In this document: positions 1 through 14,900 of the stretch, piece by piece
Numbering within the stretch: the first letter of the stretch is position 1
Layout of the letters: every line of letters starts with the position of its first letter
The notes under the pieces: model-generated
What the model saw: only the letters and a program-made list of their open reading frames with translations
Told to the model about the DNA's origin: nothing
The model's database searches: none
Origin: the human T2T-CHM13v2.0 reference genome, Homo sapiens
DNA: 64,000 bases
Assembly (NCBI RefSeq): GCF_009914755.1
Contig: NC_060931.1
Strand: one strand, 5' to 3'
Position numbers and translations under genes: made by a program

Positions 1-1220
1 ACAAGTTGTTCCCAAATATAGTAATAATCTTGACATCTGTGTAGTTATTACACATCCAGCAATCAAATTCAATCATTTTTAACTTGATTCCTTTTAGAAC
101 TTTCAGTCCTAATATTTAAAATACTGATTCCTTTTTTCCTCCATTTTAAAATTTTATTCTAGTTACCACATTGTTCTTGCAATTGCTTGGATTTTTCAGA
201 ATAGTAATAAATAATAACGGGAATCCTAGGCATTCGTGTTTTTCTATGTTTTTAACAGGATTTTCTCTAATGTTTCGCTATTAAATACCATGCAGGAAAT
301 TGGGAAATAATATCACAACCCAAGGTAAATGGAGCTAACAGCATAGATGGGACAAGCTAAGACATGAGGACCAGCTTGCGACTCCAGACCTGGGAAGACC
401 CCATGAGAAGCAGGGAGAGGGTGGGGGCAGTCATGGGCAGGCTGGGAAACTCCCTCTGCTCACTGAGCCTGTGGGAGCAGGCCCCTGGAGACCCCAGGTT
501 TCACATAGTAGCCACACGAAGCAGAAAGTCAGAAGCACAGAAGGCTTCTTCCCAAGGTGGTGTGGCAGGCCAGGAAGCAGGTGGCAGGGCGCTGGCATGA
601 AGGCCAGCCAGAGAGCAGAACGCCAAACACCAGCCCCTGGGGTTCCACTGGCATCACCAGCTCCCGCCGTGCTAAGTGGAATTTTCAGGTGGAGGAGAGT
701 TGGGAAAGGATAGAAGTGATATGCTATGGAAATCCTTACATTGTATGCTATTATGAAGTTGAGTTTTAAAACATTATAATGTGCTATTAGAAAAAAATCC
801 TTTTTTATAGTCATTATTCTTCTATGGTCATATCTTTTTATTTTGTTGATGGGCTTAAGCCAGCTTAGTTGGTTCTAATGTGATTTGATTAGCACTATAC
901 TATAGCCTTTCTCAACGAATTACAACCTCCTAGAACAACAGCCGTGGCTTCATGGCTTTTACATTCTTCACAGCAGCTACTATTTGGCTGTGTCTATGAT
1001 AGGTACTCAATAAATACTTACCGAATACAATCAAAAATTCTAAAAAGTATTGATACCCGGAACCTACTACTAACCTCGATCATTCTCTCATAACTCCTTC
1101 CTATTGGCATCAAGTGCAACGGCGGCCAAGAGAATGTGAATAGGCTGATACCAACCACTCTCCGTCCCAATTCAGAAAACATCAGCCTGTAACACAGTGT
1201 GACCCAGGAAACATGCCAGA

Positions 1221-1265
1221 GTGTGTGTGTGTGTGTGTGCATGCGCGCGTATGTGCACGTGTGCA
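1221..1265. repeat. (GT)n-led alternating purine/pyrimidine tract (Z-DNA prone)
   Basis: 45 nt of uninterrupted purine/pyrimidine alternation: gtgt...gtgcatgcgcgcgtatgtgcacgtgtgca. Confidence 0.85.
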
Positions 1266-1549
1266 AGTGAAAGTAAATGCTGATTTTGTTTATAGGATTT
1301 TCATTTTTGTTGAAAAGGGAAATGGGGAAAGGATGGCCCTAAAAGGCTAAAGCATAAAAGCTTGTAAGCGAGCCCTTGAGGCTTCACTTACAGTAAACTT
1401 ATTTCTACTTTACATATCATTTTAATAATCCTGGGGTTTGTCAAGTTTTTACATCGAATGTTTTATATAATAAATATCACTCATTTTTAAAATAAAATCA
1501 AAATCCAAAAACATCCACCATCTACAATTCTTTTGCAAGAACTGGAATG

Positions 1550-2955
1550 TGTGCTGCAAAGGAAACGATCGACAGAGTGAGGAGGCAAACCACAAAATGA
1601 GAAAATATCCGTAAACCATCCATCTGGTGAGGGGCTAAACATCCAAAATACATGAGGAACTCAAGCTACCCTGCAGCAAGAAAACAAAGAACCTGATTAC
1701 AAAATGGGCAAAGGATCCAAACAGACACGTCTTAAAGGATGAGATGCACACAGCCAACAGGTACATTAAAGATGCACAACTTCTCAAGTCAGCAGGGAGG
1801 TGCACATGAAAACCACTGGATATCACCACGCGCCTGTTAGAAGGTTATTACGAAAAACACAAATGGCAAGTGTTGGCAGGGATGTAGGGAAGGGGGAAGC
1901 TTGCACATTGTGTGTAGGAATGTAAACTAGTACAGCCATTTTGGAAGACAGCATGGAGGTTCCTCAAAAAGTTAAAAGTAGCACTACCATACAATCCAGC
2001 AATCCCACAGCGGGGGAAAGACCCAAAGGAAATGAAATCAGTATGCAGAAGGGATACCTGCATTCTCAGGTTTATTGCAGCACTATTCACAATAGTCCAG
2101 ATTTGGAATAACCTAAGTGTCCATCGACAGATGAATGTATAAGAAATCGTGGTATATGGCCGGGCATGGTGGCTCACGCCTGTAATCCCAGCATTTTGGG
2201 AGGCTGAGGCGTGCAGATCACGAGGTCAGGAGATCAAGAACATCCTGGCTAACATGGTGAAACCCCGTCTCTACTAAAAATACAAAAAATTAGCCAGGTG
2301 TGGTGGCGCACACCTGTACCCCCAGCTACTCTGGGGGCTGAGGCAGGAGAACCGCTTGAACCCAGGAGGTGGAGGTTGCCGTAAGCCGAGATCACACCAT
2401 TGCACTCCAGCCTGGGCAACAGAGTGAGACTCCGCTCAAAAAAAAAAATCGTGGCATATATACGCAATGGGATATTATTCAGCCTTAAGAAAATATAAAA
2501 GGAAATTCTGTCATTTGCAACAATAAGGATGAACCAGGAGGACATTATGCTAAGGGAAATATCCAGGCACAGAAAGAAATACTGTGTGACCTCACTTACA
2601 GTGAAATTTAAAAAGTCAGTCTCATAGACACTGGAAGCAGAAAGGTGATTTTTGCCCCAGAGGCTGTGGTGGTGGGGAGAGGACGATGCTGATCCAAGGT
2701 CTCCCTTCGCATGGAGGAAGAAGTTCTAGTGATCTAATGTGCTTCATGGCAACCACAGTTAATAATAACATACTGTATATTTCAAAATTGCTAAAAGAAT
2801 AGATTTTTAACATTCTTATCACATACAAAAAAATAAGTTGGTGAGGTGATGGATATGTTAATTAGCTTGATTGAATCTTTCTACAATGTATTACCTAGAT
2901 CAAAACATCACAGTTTACCCCAAAAGTATACACAATTATTTGTCAATTAAAAACA
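1550..2955 (+). mobile_element. L1MA-like LINE-1 3' portion (ORF2 end + 3'UTR), interrupted by an Alu
   Basis: L1 3' motifs (aatgtaaactagtacagcc, gatggatatgttaattagcttgatt) ending in an A-rich tail. Confidence 0.85.
2158..2448 (+). mobile_element. Alu (AluSc-like)
   Basis: Full dimer with poly-A; TSD aagaaatcgtggtatat / aaaaaatcgtggcatat. Confidence 0.95.
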
Positions 2956-2961
2956 ATATGT

Positions 2962-3303
<342 letters not shown>

Positions 3304-3469
3304 CTATTAAAAAAGTAGGGTAAGTACACTTTTGATGAAGATTTTTGTTTGATTAAACAAAGAACTAGAATGTGTTTGGGACTAGAGGTGGAATAAAACA
3401 TTATTTTGTCAGGTTGATTTTTCACTCACAGAATCAGGAAGGCATTCCAATTCATTGAAAGGAGAGGCA

Positions 3470-3680
3470 GAGTGGGCGAACCTGCACCGGGCACGCGCAC
3501 ATGTGAGAAGCGCTGCCTGTGGCCGCTGGGAGGCTGCGCCATGGCCCGCTCCGGAGAGCTGCGAGGTGGCTCTGCGAGGTTTGGCTGGAGCTGGGCAGCG
3601 AGGCCTGCCCACGGGTGGGAGAGCCGCCGACCCGTCATGTTTGCTTCTCCCGCGCGCAGCCTCATGGGCCTGCGGTGAGA
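3470..3680. promoter_or_regulatory. Small CpG-rich unique element (possible promoter/enhancer)
   Basis: 20 CpG in ~210 bp within an AT-rich context; E-box cacatgtg; gccATGG at 3541; donor-like GCG|GTGAGA at 3674/3675. Confidence 0.4.
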
Positions 3681-4709
3681 TTTATGGTATCTATTATTGA
3701 GTTGTAGATCAGCCGAGATATTGCATGTCAGTGTAAACACCTTTTCACACTCTTCACCATATAACTTGTCATTTTTAATCTCCTACATTGATGTTAAACA
3801 TCTCCTTACCATCAAACTGTAAATACAGCATGGACCATTTTTCTACGTGACTAAAAAGAGTGATTGAAGAGCTGATTAAAAAAAAAATTCCTTGATTTAT
3901 TTCACCCGAGTTTCCTCAGAAATATGCTATGATTTATGTCCTAGCAGAGGCTGTCTGATTAGTTCACTCTGGGCTAAAAAGGCAAACCATTAAAGGCATT
4001 AAAATTTCAACAAGAACGTTATCTCCACAGTCAGCACAATAGTGACATCTTGTGCCTAGGAACTCGGGAGATAGCACAGCCCTGCCACTTCTCGGGTCAA
4101 ACCTGGGGCCCCAGGAACCAGCACACGGCCAACCGCGCACAAAGACTAAACTATTTAAAACGTTGACGGTTCCTCCATAGACGGACGGACTCCAGCAAGG
4201 GAGGCTGCTTTTTGAGTTAGACTTTCCATGTGCAGAACACAACTGGGTGGTCCTAGCGCCTTTTCTCATCATACAAGAGAGTCTGCAGCTTCCAGGCGTT
4301 CCAGGGCCAGGGTTCCAGCCCCACTCAGGCCAACTTTAAATCACGAGCCCATTCTTCTTCTGTAAAGTAAAGGCCTCAAGTCTGAGGTCAAACTTTTCAT
4401 ATTTACAGTTCTTGGATTATTTTCATTAGGAAGACTATTAAAAGGAAATAGAAAGCCTGTCGCATTGTCAGTTAACACATTTTGTATCACATTAAGACAA
4501 AGACAGTGCCTCTCTGTCTCAAGGCGTCCTCGGTTAACACTAACAGTTACCTGTAGGCACAGACCCAGGCAACCACAGAACTCCAGCACAGCACACAGAA
4601 GGCGCTTCCGTGGCTCCCACACACCTGAAGGTCAGCTAGGGGTCAGCCGATCTAGGCTGGGTTCAGCTAGAGCAGCTCACCTCTGCTCCTCCAGTCTCTT
4701 CCTGGGAAG

Positions 4710-4781
4710 AGTGGGCTATCCTGGGCCAGGTCCCAACTCAAAGGAAGTGGGCTATCCTGGGCAAGTCCCCAACACAAAGGA
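4710..4781. repeat. 36-bp tandem duplication (2 copies)
   Basis: agtgggctatcctgggccaggtcccaactcaaagga / agtgggctatcctgggcaagtccccaacacaaagga. Confidence 0.9.
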
Positions 4782-5314
4782 AGAAGTGCAAGAGGCTGGG
4801 GGAAAAAAGGCCTCTGAGTTCTAGGCTTATGCCCCGTTCCATATGTCAATGCAACTCACACATCTGAATCCAAAGTCCAGGGCAGGAAAATGCAAAGCAC
4901 CCCTTCAGCAGGTGGAGCTGCAGAGTCACATGTGTGAAGTCATGTGAATAACCCGAAGTCTAAGGAGGAGTAAAGGAGGGAACAGGAAGGCAATCTACCA
5001 CTCCACACTGGGAGAAAAGTGAACGGAAATGCAGAGACCCCATCTGCATTTCCATTGTTCCTTGCACAGTAAACGCTCCAACCAACCCAACTACCAGAAC
5101 CCACTTATTTGATTTAATTTAATAAGTATTTGTTTTGACTCTGTCTGACCAAGCCTTGGTGGTAGGCCAGAATCGGGGAACTGGTTTACCCACCTCCTAC
5201 TCAGGCCTCTGGACATGCACCGCCTGGCCAGAGATCACACCAGGTAATACGGGGGCATATGCATTCAATACTAATGAGGCTTCCTGCTCATTACACAGAA
5301 CACCAGAAAACACA

Positions 5315-6022
5315 CACAAGATAAGTACAGGTTTCATTCAATCACTCTTTGAAAACACATCATCAAATTCAAATGAGTAAAGCAAACAGGTGTGTATTCC
5401 GAAGTAAAAAAAATTAAAAATTTTCTTTTTATAAAGAACTTTAGCATAAAAACCTGGATGTGAGAAACCTGGGAATACCTTAGTCAACAATTTGGATATA
5501 AAATTATTTTTAATTTGTTGGCACTGAGGTAATATTTTTTTTCTCAGTATGATGGCATTTTTATCCAAGCATATATTTGTGAATTTTGTGTTAGACTTAT
5601 TCTATATCTGACACATTTCGTGAATGGGCCGGAAAGGTCTCCTGACATCAGTTACAGGCCTGAGAAAACTCATTACTACAGCGTTTTAACAATTTTAAAT
5701 TCAGGTGTTCCCTGTAGAGTAACAGATGAAATGCACACAGGATCTCTTGGGGAGGAGACTGAGAAACGTGGCACAAAGCTGTTGTTGCCCAGGAAACAGA
5801 CACAGCAGCAGAAAACCACGGGAGGGCTGCCTCCCGGTCCGTCATCATTGGAAAGCCTCCTGTGCTGCAACTGCTGTCCTTCCAGCAGTTAGAAATCACG
5901 GAAGTGAACACGGATGATGATGAGGATGAAGGGAAGGGGTGGCTGCACGGCGAGATCTCTCATCCATCAGAAACTGGGTCTTCTCCAAGCTCTGAAAGAC
6001 TCTCTTGGAGGTGCATGTTGCA
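5315..6022 (-). other. Candidate terminal exon (short coding tail or non-coding) with AU-rich 3'UTR-like sequence
   Basis: Minus-strand acceptor gttgtcactttgctccttag| ends at 6023; repeat-free body; variant poly(A) signal AATGAA (5333-5338) followed by GU-rich ttgtgtgtgttttctggtgttctgtgt. Confidence 0.45.
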
Positions 6023-6429
6023 CTAAGGAGCAAAGTGACAACATCCAAAATGTGCTTTTCTCAGTTCAGCAGAGAAGTTGTACACACATCAGTTCAACAT
6101 GGCAAGAACGCTCACCAACGATTATCTGCACCCGTGTGCTCCTCACAGCATTCTTCAACCTTCCTGCTGCGCTTGAGCCTTTTCCAAACAAAAACGTTTA
6201 AAACATTCAAAAATAAATAAATGTCCTCTTGCGGGCTTCTTGCCAAGATGTCATTATAGCATCAGTTTTGAGGTTCCCTCTCAGGCCCAAACATTTACCA
6301 TGACAGATAAAATCTACCAACCACACCACCCCCCGCCCCACCCCCCGCCAAAAAAAAAAAAAAACATGATCAAGCTCAAATTTAGCTAAATAACTCTATG
6401 AACCAAAGGTGATACAAAAATGGAAAGCT

Positions 6430-6857
<428 letters not shown>

Positions 6858-6949
6858 TTAACGCAGCCAGCAACATTAACACTAGAACCAGAGCGGGAAA
6901 ATGCAGGAAAACGTCACTTGCCATCCCTGCTCTTGCTCACACACGCAAG

Positions 6950-7200
6950 AATTCCAAACTCAATATTAGCACATCAGCCGTGTATACAGATCATTTATCA
7001 TGGCAACGTGGGATTTAACCCAAGAGTGAAAATGGTTCAACACCAGAATATCTACAAAGTAACTACTAAGTTAACCTAACAGATTAAAGAAGAAAAGACA
7101 TATGCTCTCCTCAGTTGATTCAGAAAAATCATTTTATAAAATTAACAATCATTCATGTGTTTAAACAATATACAAAATAGAAAGGAACTTTCTTAACCTG
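6950..7200 (+). mobile_element. Old L1M ORF2 fragment
   Basis: Degenerate RT-region sequence (gtgggatttaacccaagag...ggttcaaca; tcagttgattcagaaaaatcatttt). Confidence 0.6.
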
Positions 7201-8199
7201 ACTTTTTTTTTTCAAAAAAAAAAAAAAAAAAAAGGGTCGGGGGAAGAATCAAAAACTCACAGCAGGGCATGATGAAATTTCAGCTCACTGCTAGGTGCCT
7301 GTCTAATTCTTCAAATCAGTATAGGGTTGCTTTTCCCTTGCAGCTTCCAAGAGGACAGTTATTTATTATTGATGTTTTAAATTTTTTTTATTTGGAAAAA
7401 GCTCAAGTTGCTGATGTAGGAGGTTGCTTGTGGTGAGCCAGTGCTCCTGCCAATATTAAACAGAAAATCTGGGGAAAAAAAAAAAAAACACCCCCAAGAT
7501 CTGTTTGAAAGCATTGAAGCACCACAGAGACCACAGGACTTGAAACGGCCAAACCACGGAGAAGGGTAAGCTCCCCAGAGAGGGGGCCACGTCCTGCAGC
7601 TTCTCCCATCAAGTCTGATATAGAGCGAGACTGCGGTCTGCACAAAGGGCCGGTCCTGAGGCCACGACTGAGAGGCAGAGACCCCGCCCAGGCTTCGGCA
7701 GGCTCATGTGGATGGAGAACTAAAATGAGAGACTCGAGGGACCAGGTTCCCCCTGAGAAGGGGAGGGATAAACCAGTCCTGGCGGGTGTCAGCATTTTCC
7801 TTCACACATACGCTGCCTTATGAGGCTGCAAGGGGTGGAAAGGCACCAAGCCAAAAAGAAAGCCCCAAGCCACAGTAGCGAATGTTTAGCAAGTTCTAGA
7901 AAAATCAAGGCTTGGAGATTAGCACCTGCCGAGAAGAGGAGCCTGCTGATCCCCACGGGCCTTTGGCTGAGACCCCAGGAGGGGAGAGGCACACAGAGCC
8001 CAGCTGACGGCCCAGCCTCAAGTCAGCTTAGACCACAGCGAGGGAAAGGCAACCATCGCCTCCTTGATCTGCCTCGCACAGAAAGCATGAACCCTCTCTG
8101 GGAGCAGACAACACCCAGAGATCTCACAACTGTTCATATACAAGGTCTAGAATTCAGGGCGGGCAGGGGAATTCCAGGCACATTAACGTGACAGAACTC

Positions 8200-8745
8200 A
8201 GTGACCAAAAGTCAGGGGAAACAAGTCAACAGAAATACACCCACCTTTGATGCACATATTGAAATTACCGGGTAAGGAATTTAAAATAGTTTATGGATAT
8301 GTTCAAGGAAATGATGGGGAAAATAATGAAAAATGGGAAATCTCACCAGAGAATTGACATCTATTAAAAAGAACCAAATGGGAATTTTAGAACTGGAAAA
8401 TACAATAATTGAAATTAAGAACTCAACAGATGGGTTTAACAGCAGATGATACCCAGCAGAAGAAAGGGTCATGAACTAGAGTCCAGGTCAATGGAAAATG
8501 TCGCGACTAAAGCACAGAGAAGAAAAGGGTGGGGACTGCAGAAGACAGCATGATAGGCCTGCTGGACTTCAGGGAAATGACCTAACATGCCTCAAACTGC
8601 AGATCCAGAGAGAAACCAAAGCCAGAGTACAGAAAAACCACTGTTTAAAGAGATCATCGGTAACATTTTCCAAAACTAATGAAAGACATCATCAAGGCAA
8701 GCCATACATTTATAAAGTTCCACAAATTCCACCAGGATAAATAGA
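8200..8745 (+). mobile_element. Old L1M(E) ORF1 fragment
   Basis: aaaagaaccaaatgggaattttagaactggaaaatacaataattgaaattaagaactcaacagatggg, typical of L1M ORF1. Confidence 0.7.
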
Positions 8746-9346
8746 GGGTAAAGACATGAAACCCTCCACACATACTCTGACAGGTAAAAGGTTTAGCCTG
8801 CAGCAAAAGCCTGCGGAAACCAACAAGCCACAGGCTGGGATTTTTGCAACCCCTGAAACCAACGAAAGGTGAAAAACCACATTATATATTTTTAAAGCTG
8901 AAAAATCGATTTTTAAAAGACAGGCAAATCACATTCTTATCCAAGTCTGGGAGGCCTCACATGACTGGACCAAGGACCGAGAGCACCTGCCATCCCATCC
9001 ATCTGCCCGCACACCGCCCAGTCCCCTCCTGGGCTCCTTCTCTCCCAGTACTTGGCTGGAAGCAGCAAGAAGACACCAGGACTCACCAAAGCCTTTCTTC
9101 TTCCCAGAACTGCCTCTCCTGGAACAATGGGTTCCACAAGCCACAGCCTGCTGTCCGGGTTCCAGACCATGTGGGTAACACTTCCACCAAACGTCTTCCC
9201 AGGACTTCACAAGACCATCATATTCACAGCCCACAATGTCTGTTTCTTCATGCTTGCCCCTGGCTGCTGGGCCAACGCACATTTTGTAAGGTTTTATTAC
9301 AGCAGATCCCCATCCGCAGGCTCACGTTTCTGATGAGGTTACTGAC

Positions 9347-9525
9347 CCCAAATACAGCGAGATGAATGAGCTATCAGTGTACATCATGCTCATGTCACAG
9401 TCCAGAGCTCCGCAGTAGGTACATGACAATGGCATGATGCTGCTGGAGGTCCAGGCTGGCCCGGCGGCTCTGCCATGCTGGGCGCATGGCTGTCTCTGGG
9501 TGGAGGCTACAGCTGTCTCCACATC
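9347..9525 (-). other. Candidate internal exon (179 nt)
   Basis: Acceptor cctgcttttcctttcggctggtag|, donor GG|GTCAGT; phase-0 frame open (DVETAVASTQRQ...FISLYLG). Confidence 0.4.
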
Positions 9526-10205
9526 CTACCAGCCGAAAGGAAAAGCAGGCATCCAGGCAAGATGTCACCTCTACCTTCTCACCAGCCCAGACAGTCATAT
9601 GGCTACACCAGTTGCATGTGTGTCTTAGAAACGCAGTCAGCTTTCCAACCACTGCAGATACCAGAAGGATGAAGAGAGGTGGAAGGAGTCCACATGAAGT
9701 ACCATGGGGCTGATTCTTCCATCCCACAGTCATATCCCCTCCCCAGGAGGCTGCCTGAGGAGAGATGGGCTACACAGATCAAGGTTTTGACTCCTCCAGG
9801 CTCACGGCCACTGCCCCTCTCCTCCTCGTCTACTGATCCATCTCTTTCTGCCACCAGGACAAAGTTATTTCAGGGACTTACCTCTTCTGACCCTTGACTT
9901 ACTTCGGTGCCAACTTGCTAAGCCCTGACAGATCTCCCCAGCCCCAAATCCAGGGAGGAAAAGGCTGAGGTGCTGGTTCCCCCACACCAGGAGACCCTGG
10001 ACTCCTTCTACTATATAGTAACCCCCTTCCCCAGGCCCTGCATTCTCAAGGAAGAGCTGAGTGGATGTGTCCGACTGAGGTCCTGAATGTTAATTTTGCC
10101 AAGGTGGGGGTTAATTAAGAGACATCAATTTATAAGGCAACGTAGATTTCCTCTATGGCAATCTCCTGCATCTATCCATAAAGAAAAGCAACTAGCACAT
10201 CTTTT

Positions 10206-10209
<4 letters not shown>

Positions 10210-10255
<46 letters not shown>

Positions 10256-10257
10256 AC
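10210..10257. repeat. (CA)n microsatellite
   Basis: About 19 perfect CA units plus an imperfect tail. Confidence 0.95.
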
Positions 10258-11190
10258 CCGCCCCACGCTGAGGCATTCCATTACACACTGTATGCCACCC
10301 AAGGACGTGAAAGAAGACTTAAGAGCATTTACACCTGTTGTTCCAAAATTCAGCTGTCTAAAATATCAGTTCTCCTTAAATTAAAAACATCATTTTTATC
10401 CAAATCTTAATGAAGTTATTTTAGGAATTTGAAAAAAAAAAAGATTTGAAAATTCTTCAGGAATCTTATATACATACAAAAAGAAGAGCAATTAGGGAAA
10501 GTGGTGCCAGCAGATAATAAAACCACACATTGGAACAGTCTAGAACAGGCGGAGGAAATACAGCTCCCTGAGACTGACATCAAAGCAGAAACCATACATA
10601 TTGGTTGACATGAAAATGTGAAACGTCTGCATGCCAAAAAGAAAACACTGTTTATTGATGAAAATGCAAATAGTCATATAACTATATTGAAAGGGAAGGC
10701 CTGGTGATACAAAATCATTAAATCCTCATCAATCATAGGAGGAAGTGGAAAGACATTGTCCAAATTGCTAAAATCAAGGAGCTGCAGAATACTCGGATAG
10801 CAAGGACTGGGGGAAAGGGAGTGTTACCTCAGCACTGGGAGAAGAAGGTTTGCTCATTCACCGCTGGAAGTGTGAGAAGTATGGCTTATTACCATTTTCT
10901 TCACTAAATCTAGCAACATATAGAAAAGCATATATCCATCTATTTTTCTATCTTTTCCTATCCCAAAAAGCAAAACGCACCTTATATAAGTACTCGATGT
11001 GTACAAACACGAGGGTCTTATAAGCCTAGTTTTAAGTGTCCAAAAAAGAATCGAAAGTAAAATAAAACTGGGTCTGAGATGACAGATTCTGGCACAATGC
11101 CATGGCATCTACTACACAGAATGAGACAGAACTATGCCAATGGGCTTCGGGGAATTTCTGTGTCTATTTTTTTTCATTCCATATTTATTA

Positions 11191-11506
<316 letters not shown>

Positions 11507-11949
11507 AAGAAATTTATGTAAGCATAAGAAAAAATAAGATGTAGTGAAATGCTTATAATATGAATGTACTTCTATAAAAGAATGAACTAAAAAATACATA
11601 CACCAGCATATTAAGTGTGCATAGAGAAATAGATGAAAGTTTACACACTATAGTTTTCATAATTTTGGTGTGGCGCTGAGAGAGAATTTTAGAGGGATAT
11701 TAAGATGCAAAATGAACAGGGAAGTAGAAGAAAAAATATGAAGTTGCATGAAATAATTTCATCTGCATAAAATGATACAAGTTTGAATCTCTCCCGAATG
11801 CTGATGTTTGTTATCACAGGTGGTGCATATCTAGGTGAAATTCACTTTCTCCTAATACTTTTGTCCAAATGTTTTACAAGGAAGATGTCTTACAATATTA
11901 TACTATGATGTAATCAGAAAATAGTTTTGGGTGTGCAAGACATATGAAT

Positions 11950-14900
11950 CAAATTGAATCCAAAGTAGAAGAAAATAAAGAGTTAAAAACAAACAGAAAA
12001 TAGACAGACAATAAAGGAAAATCAGGGTTTTTTTGAAAGATCAGTAAAATTTATTAATTTTAGTTAGAAAAAAGAGAAAACACAAATTGCCTATACCAGG
12101 AATAAAAGAGGAAATTTCATGATAAATATTACAGATATAAAATAGATAACAGGGGACTAGTATGAACTACCTTATCAAAATGATTCAACAATTTAAGTAA
12201 AAATGATGATCTCTGTGAAACACACAAATTACCAACTTAAGAATAAATAAAATGTAAAGAGATGCAAAAAATAAACTGATTTAATAATTTAAAGCCTTCC
12301 ATAAACTTAAGCACAAAAAAAGAAAAAAACAAACAAAAATTAAAAAATAAAGCCTTCCTACAAAGCCTTTCTACAAACTCCCAGACCTACAAAACTTCGG
12401 TAAATTCTATCAAACCTTTAAGAAAGTAGATAAAGGAAACAGAACCACTTTCCAACTCAATTTTGTGAAACCAGTTATTCCCTGAAATCAAAACCAGAAA
12501 TATCATTACAAGAAAAAACTACAGACTATATCCCTAGTTTAAGTGTAGCCAAATATTAGCAAATTTAATTCAGCAATATATAAAGGGGTAGGAAAAAAGA
12601 GTAATACACTGCTGGCCAATATCAATATCAAAAATAATAATAAGCACTTAGAAAACTAGAAACAGAAGGGTCCTTCTTCTACCTGCTTGGACATGTCTAG
12701 GTGAAGCCCACAGCTATCATAATGTTGAAAAACTGAATGCCTTCCCCTTAACACTGGCAACCCCAGGCAAGGAAACCGTTGGTACCACTCCTAATCAATA
12801 TCATCCTGGAGGTGGTAGCCACTGCAGTCAGGCAAGAAAGAGAAATTAAAGGCACACAGATTGAAAGTTTAAAAGAAAATTCTTTATTTGCAGATGACAT
12901 TATTGGATATGTAAGAAATCGTGGAAAATCTATAAGGAAAAATAAACAAGTGAGTTTAGCAAGGTCTCAGGATATAGGGATAGCATACAAAAATCAATTT
13001 TGCATCTCTATACACAATAAACAATTAAAATTTTAAAGTTTTTAAATGCCATTTATAAGAACATCCAAAAATCTGAAGTACCTAGAGATTAATCAGTACA
13101 AGTCTTGTACTTTGAAAGCTCTAAGAGATCACTTAGAGTAGTTAAAGAAGAACAAAATAAATGGAAAACTGTACTGTGATCATGAACTGGAGGGCTTAAG
13201 ATGGCAATTCTGTCCAAATTGATGAATGGATTCAATGTTATCCCAATCAAAATTCCAACTTTTTAAAAATTATCAAGTTGATTCTAAAGTTTATAAGGAA
13301 ATGTAATGGACCTACTTTACAAAAGAACTTATACTACCTGATTTCAATACTTACTATAAAGCTATAATAACCAAGACAGTAGGGTAATGATGTTAAGTAT
13401 AGCCATACGGATCAAGGAAACATAACAGAGTTCAGAGAACACACTAAGATGGCCAATTGGTTTCCAACCAGTGGGCTAAAGCAATTCAATACAGAAAAAA
13501 AAATCTCTTCAAGAAACGATGCTGAAATAACTGGATATCTGACCTTACCTCACCCCATAAAAATTAATTCAAAATGAATAGACCTGAGCCTAAACTAAAT
13601 TCACATCTCTTCTAGAATACATAAGATAACATAATTATGATCTTTGGTTAGGCAAAGAAGTTTTAGTAAACACAAAAAGCTTATATATTTTTTTTCCTTT
13701 TTTTTTTTTTTTTGAGATGGAGCCTCCCTCTGTTGCCCAAGCTGGAGTGCAGTGGCTCAATCTATGTTCGCTGCAACCTCCACCTCCCAGGTTCAAGTGA
13801 TTCTCCTCCCTCAGCCTCCTGAGTAGCTGGGATTACAGGCACGCGCCACCACACCCAGCTAATTTTTTTTGTATTTTCAGTAGAGACGGGGTTTCAGCAT
13901 GTCGGTCAGGTCGGTCTCAAACTCCTGACCTCGTGATCCACCCGCCTTGGCCTTCCAAAGTGCTGGGATTACAGGCGTGAGCCACCATGCCCGGCCAAAA
14001 AGCCTATATTCTAAAAGAAAAAATATGATAAATTGGACTTCATCAAAATTATAAATTTTTACTGATCAACAGACATTGTTAAGAAAACAAGGCAGAAAAC
14101 CACAGATGGAAGAAATTGTTCTCAATACATATATCTGATAAAGACCTGATAGAATTTCAGAACAACATAATTCAATAACAAGGAAATAAGTAACCCTTAA
14201 AAATAAATGAAAAAAGACTTGAACAGATATTTCACCAAAGAAGATATTATGCACAAATGGCCAATGAACACATGACAAGATGTTCAACGTCATCAGCCAC
14301 TAGGGAAATGTGAGTTAAAGCTGTGACAGGATCCCACCACACAGCCGCGGGACGGGTAAATGGAAAGACCCTTCAGCGCCAAACACTGCTGAGGAGGTAG
14401 AGCAGGTGGAACACGCATATGCCACAGGCGGGAAAGAACAATGACAAACACTTTGCAAAATGGATGGGCAGGTTTGTTTGGTTTTTCATTTGTTTGTTTT
14501 AACGTGCCCTTACTATGCAGCCTAGCAATTCTACTCTTGGGTATTTACCTAAAACAAGAAAAAATATCCACACAAATACTTGTCGCCCAAGTGTTCATAA
14601 CGCTTCATTCGTATCAGCCCAAAACTGTAACAACAGTCATGTCCATCGACATTTGAATAGATTTTTAAAACTGTAGTATAGCCACACTGCTCAGCAATAA
14701 AAAGGGAAACTCTATAGACATATGCAACAATATGATGAATTTTGAAAACGTGATGCCAAGCAAAAGAGGCCAGACACTAAAGATGGCATGCTATATGATT
14801 CGATTTGTATGAAAGTAAAGACTAATCTGATTGAGAGAGAAAGATGAGTGGCGTCCCAGGACCAGGGTGGGCCCAGGGTTGGATGGGAGGGAGGGGGCAC

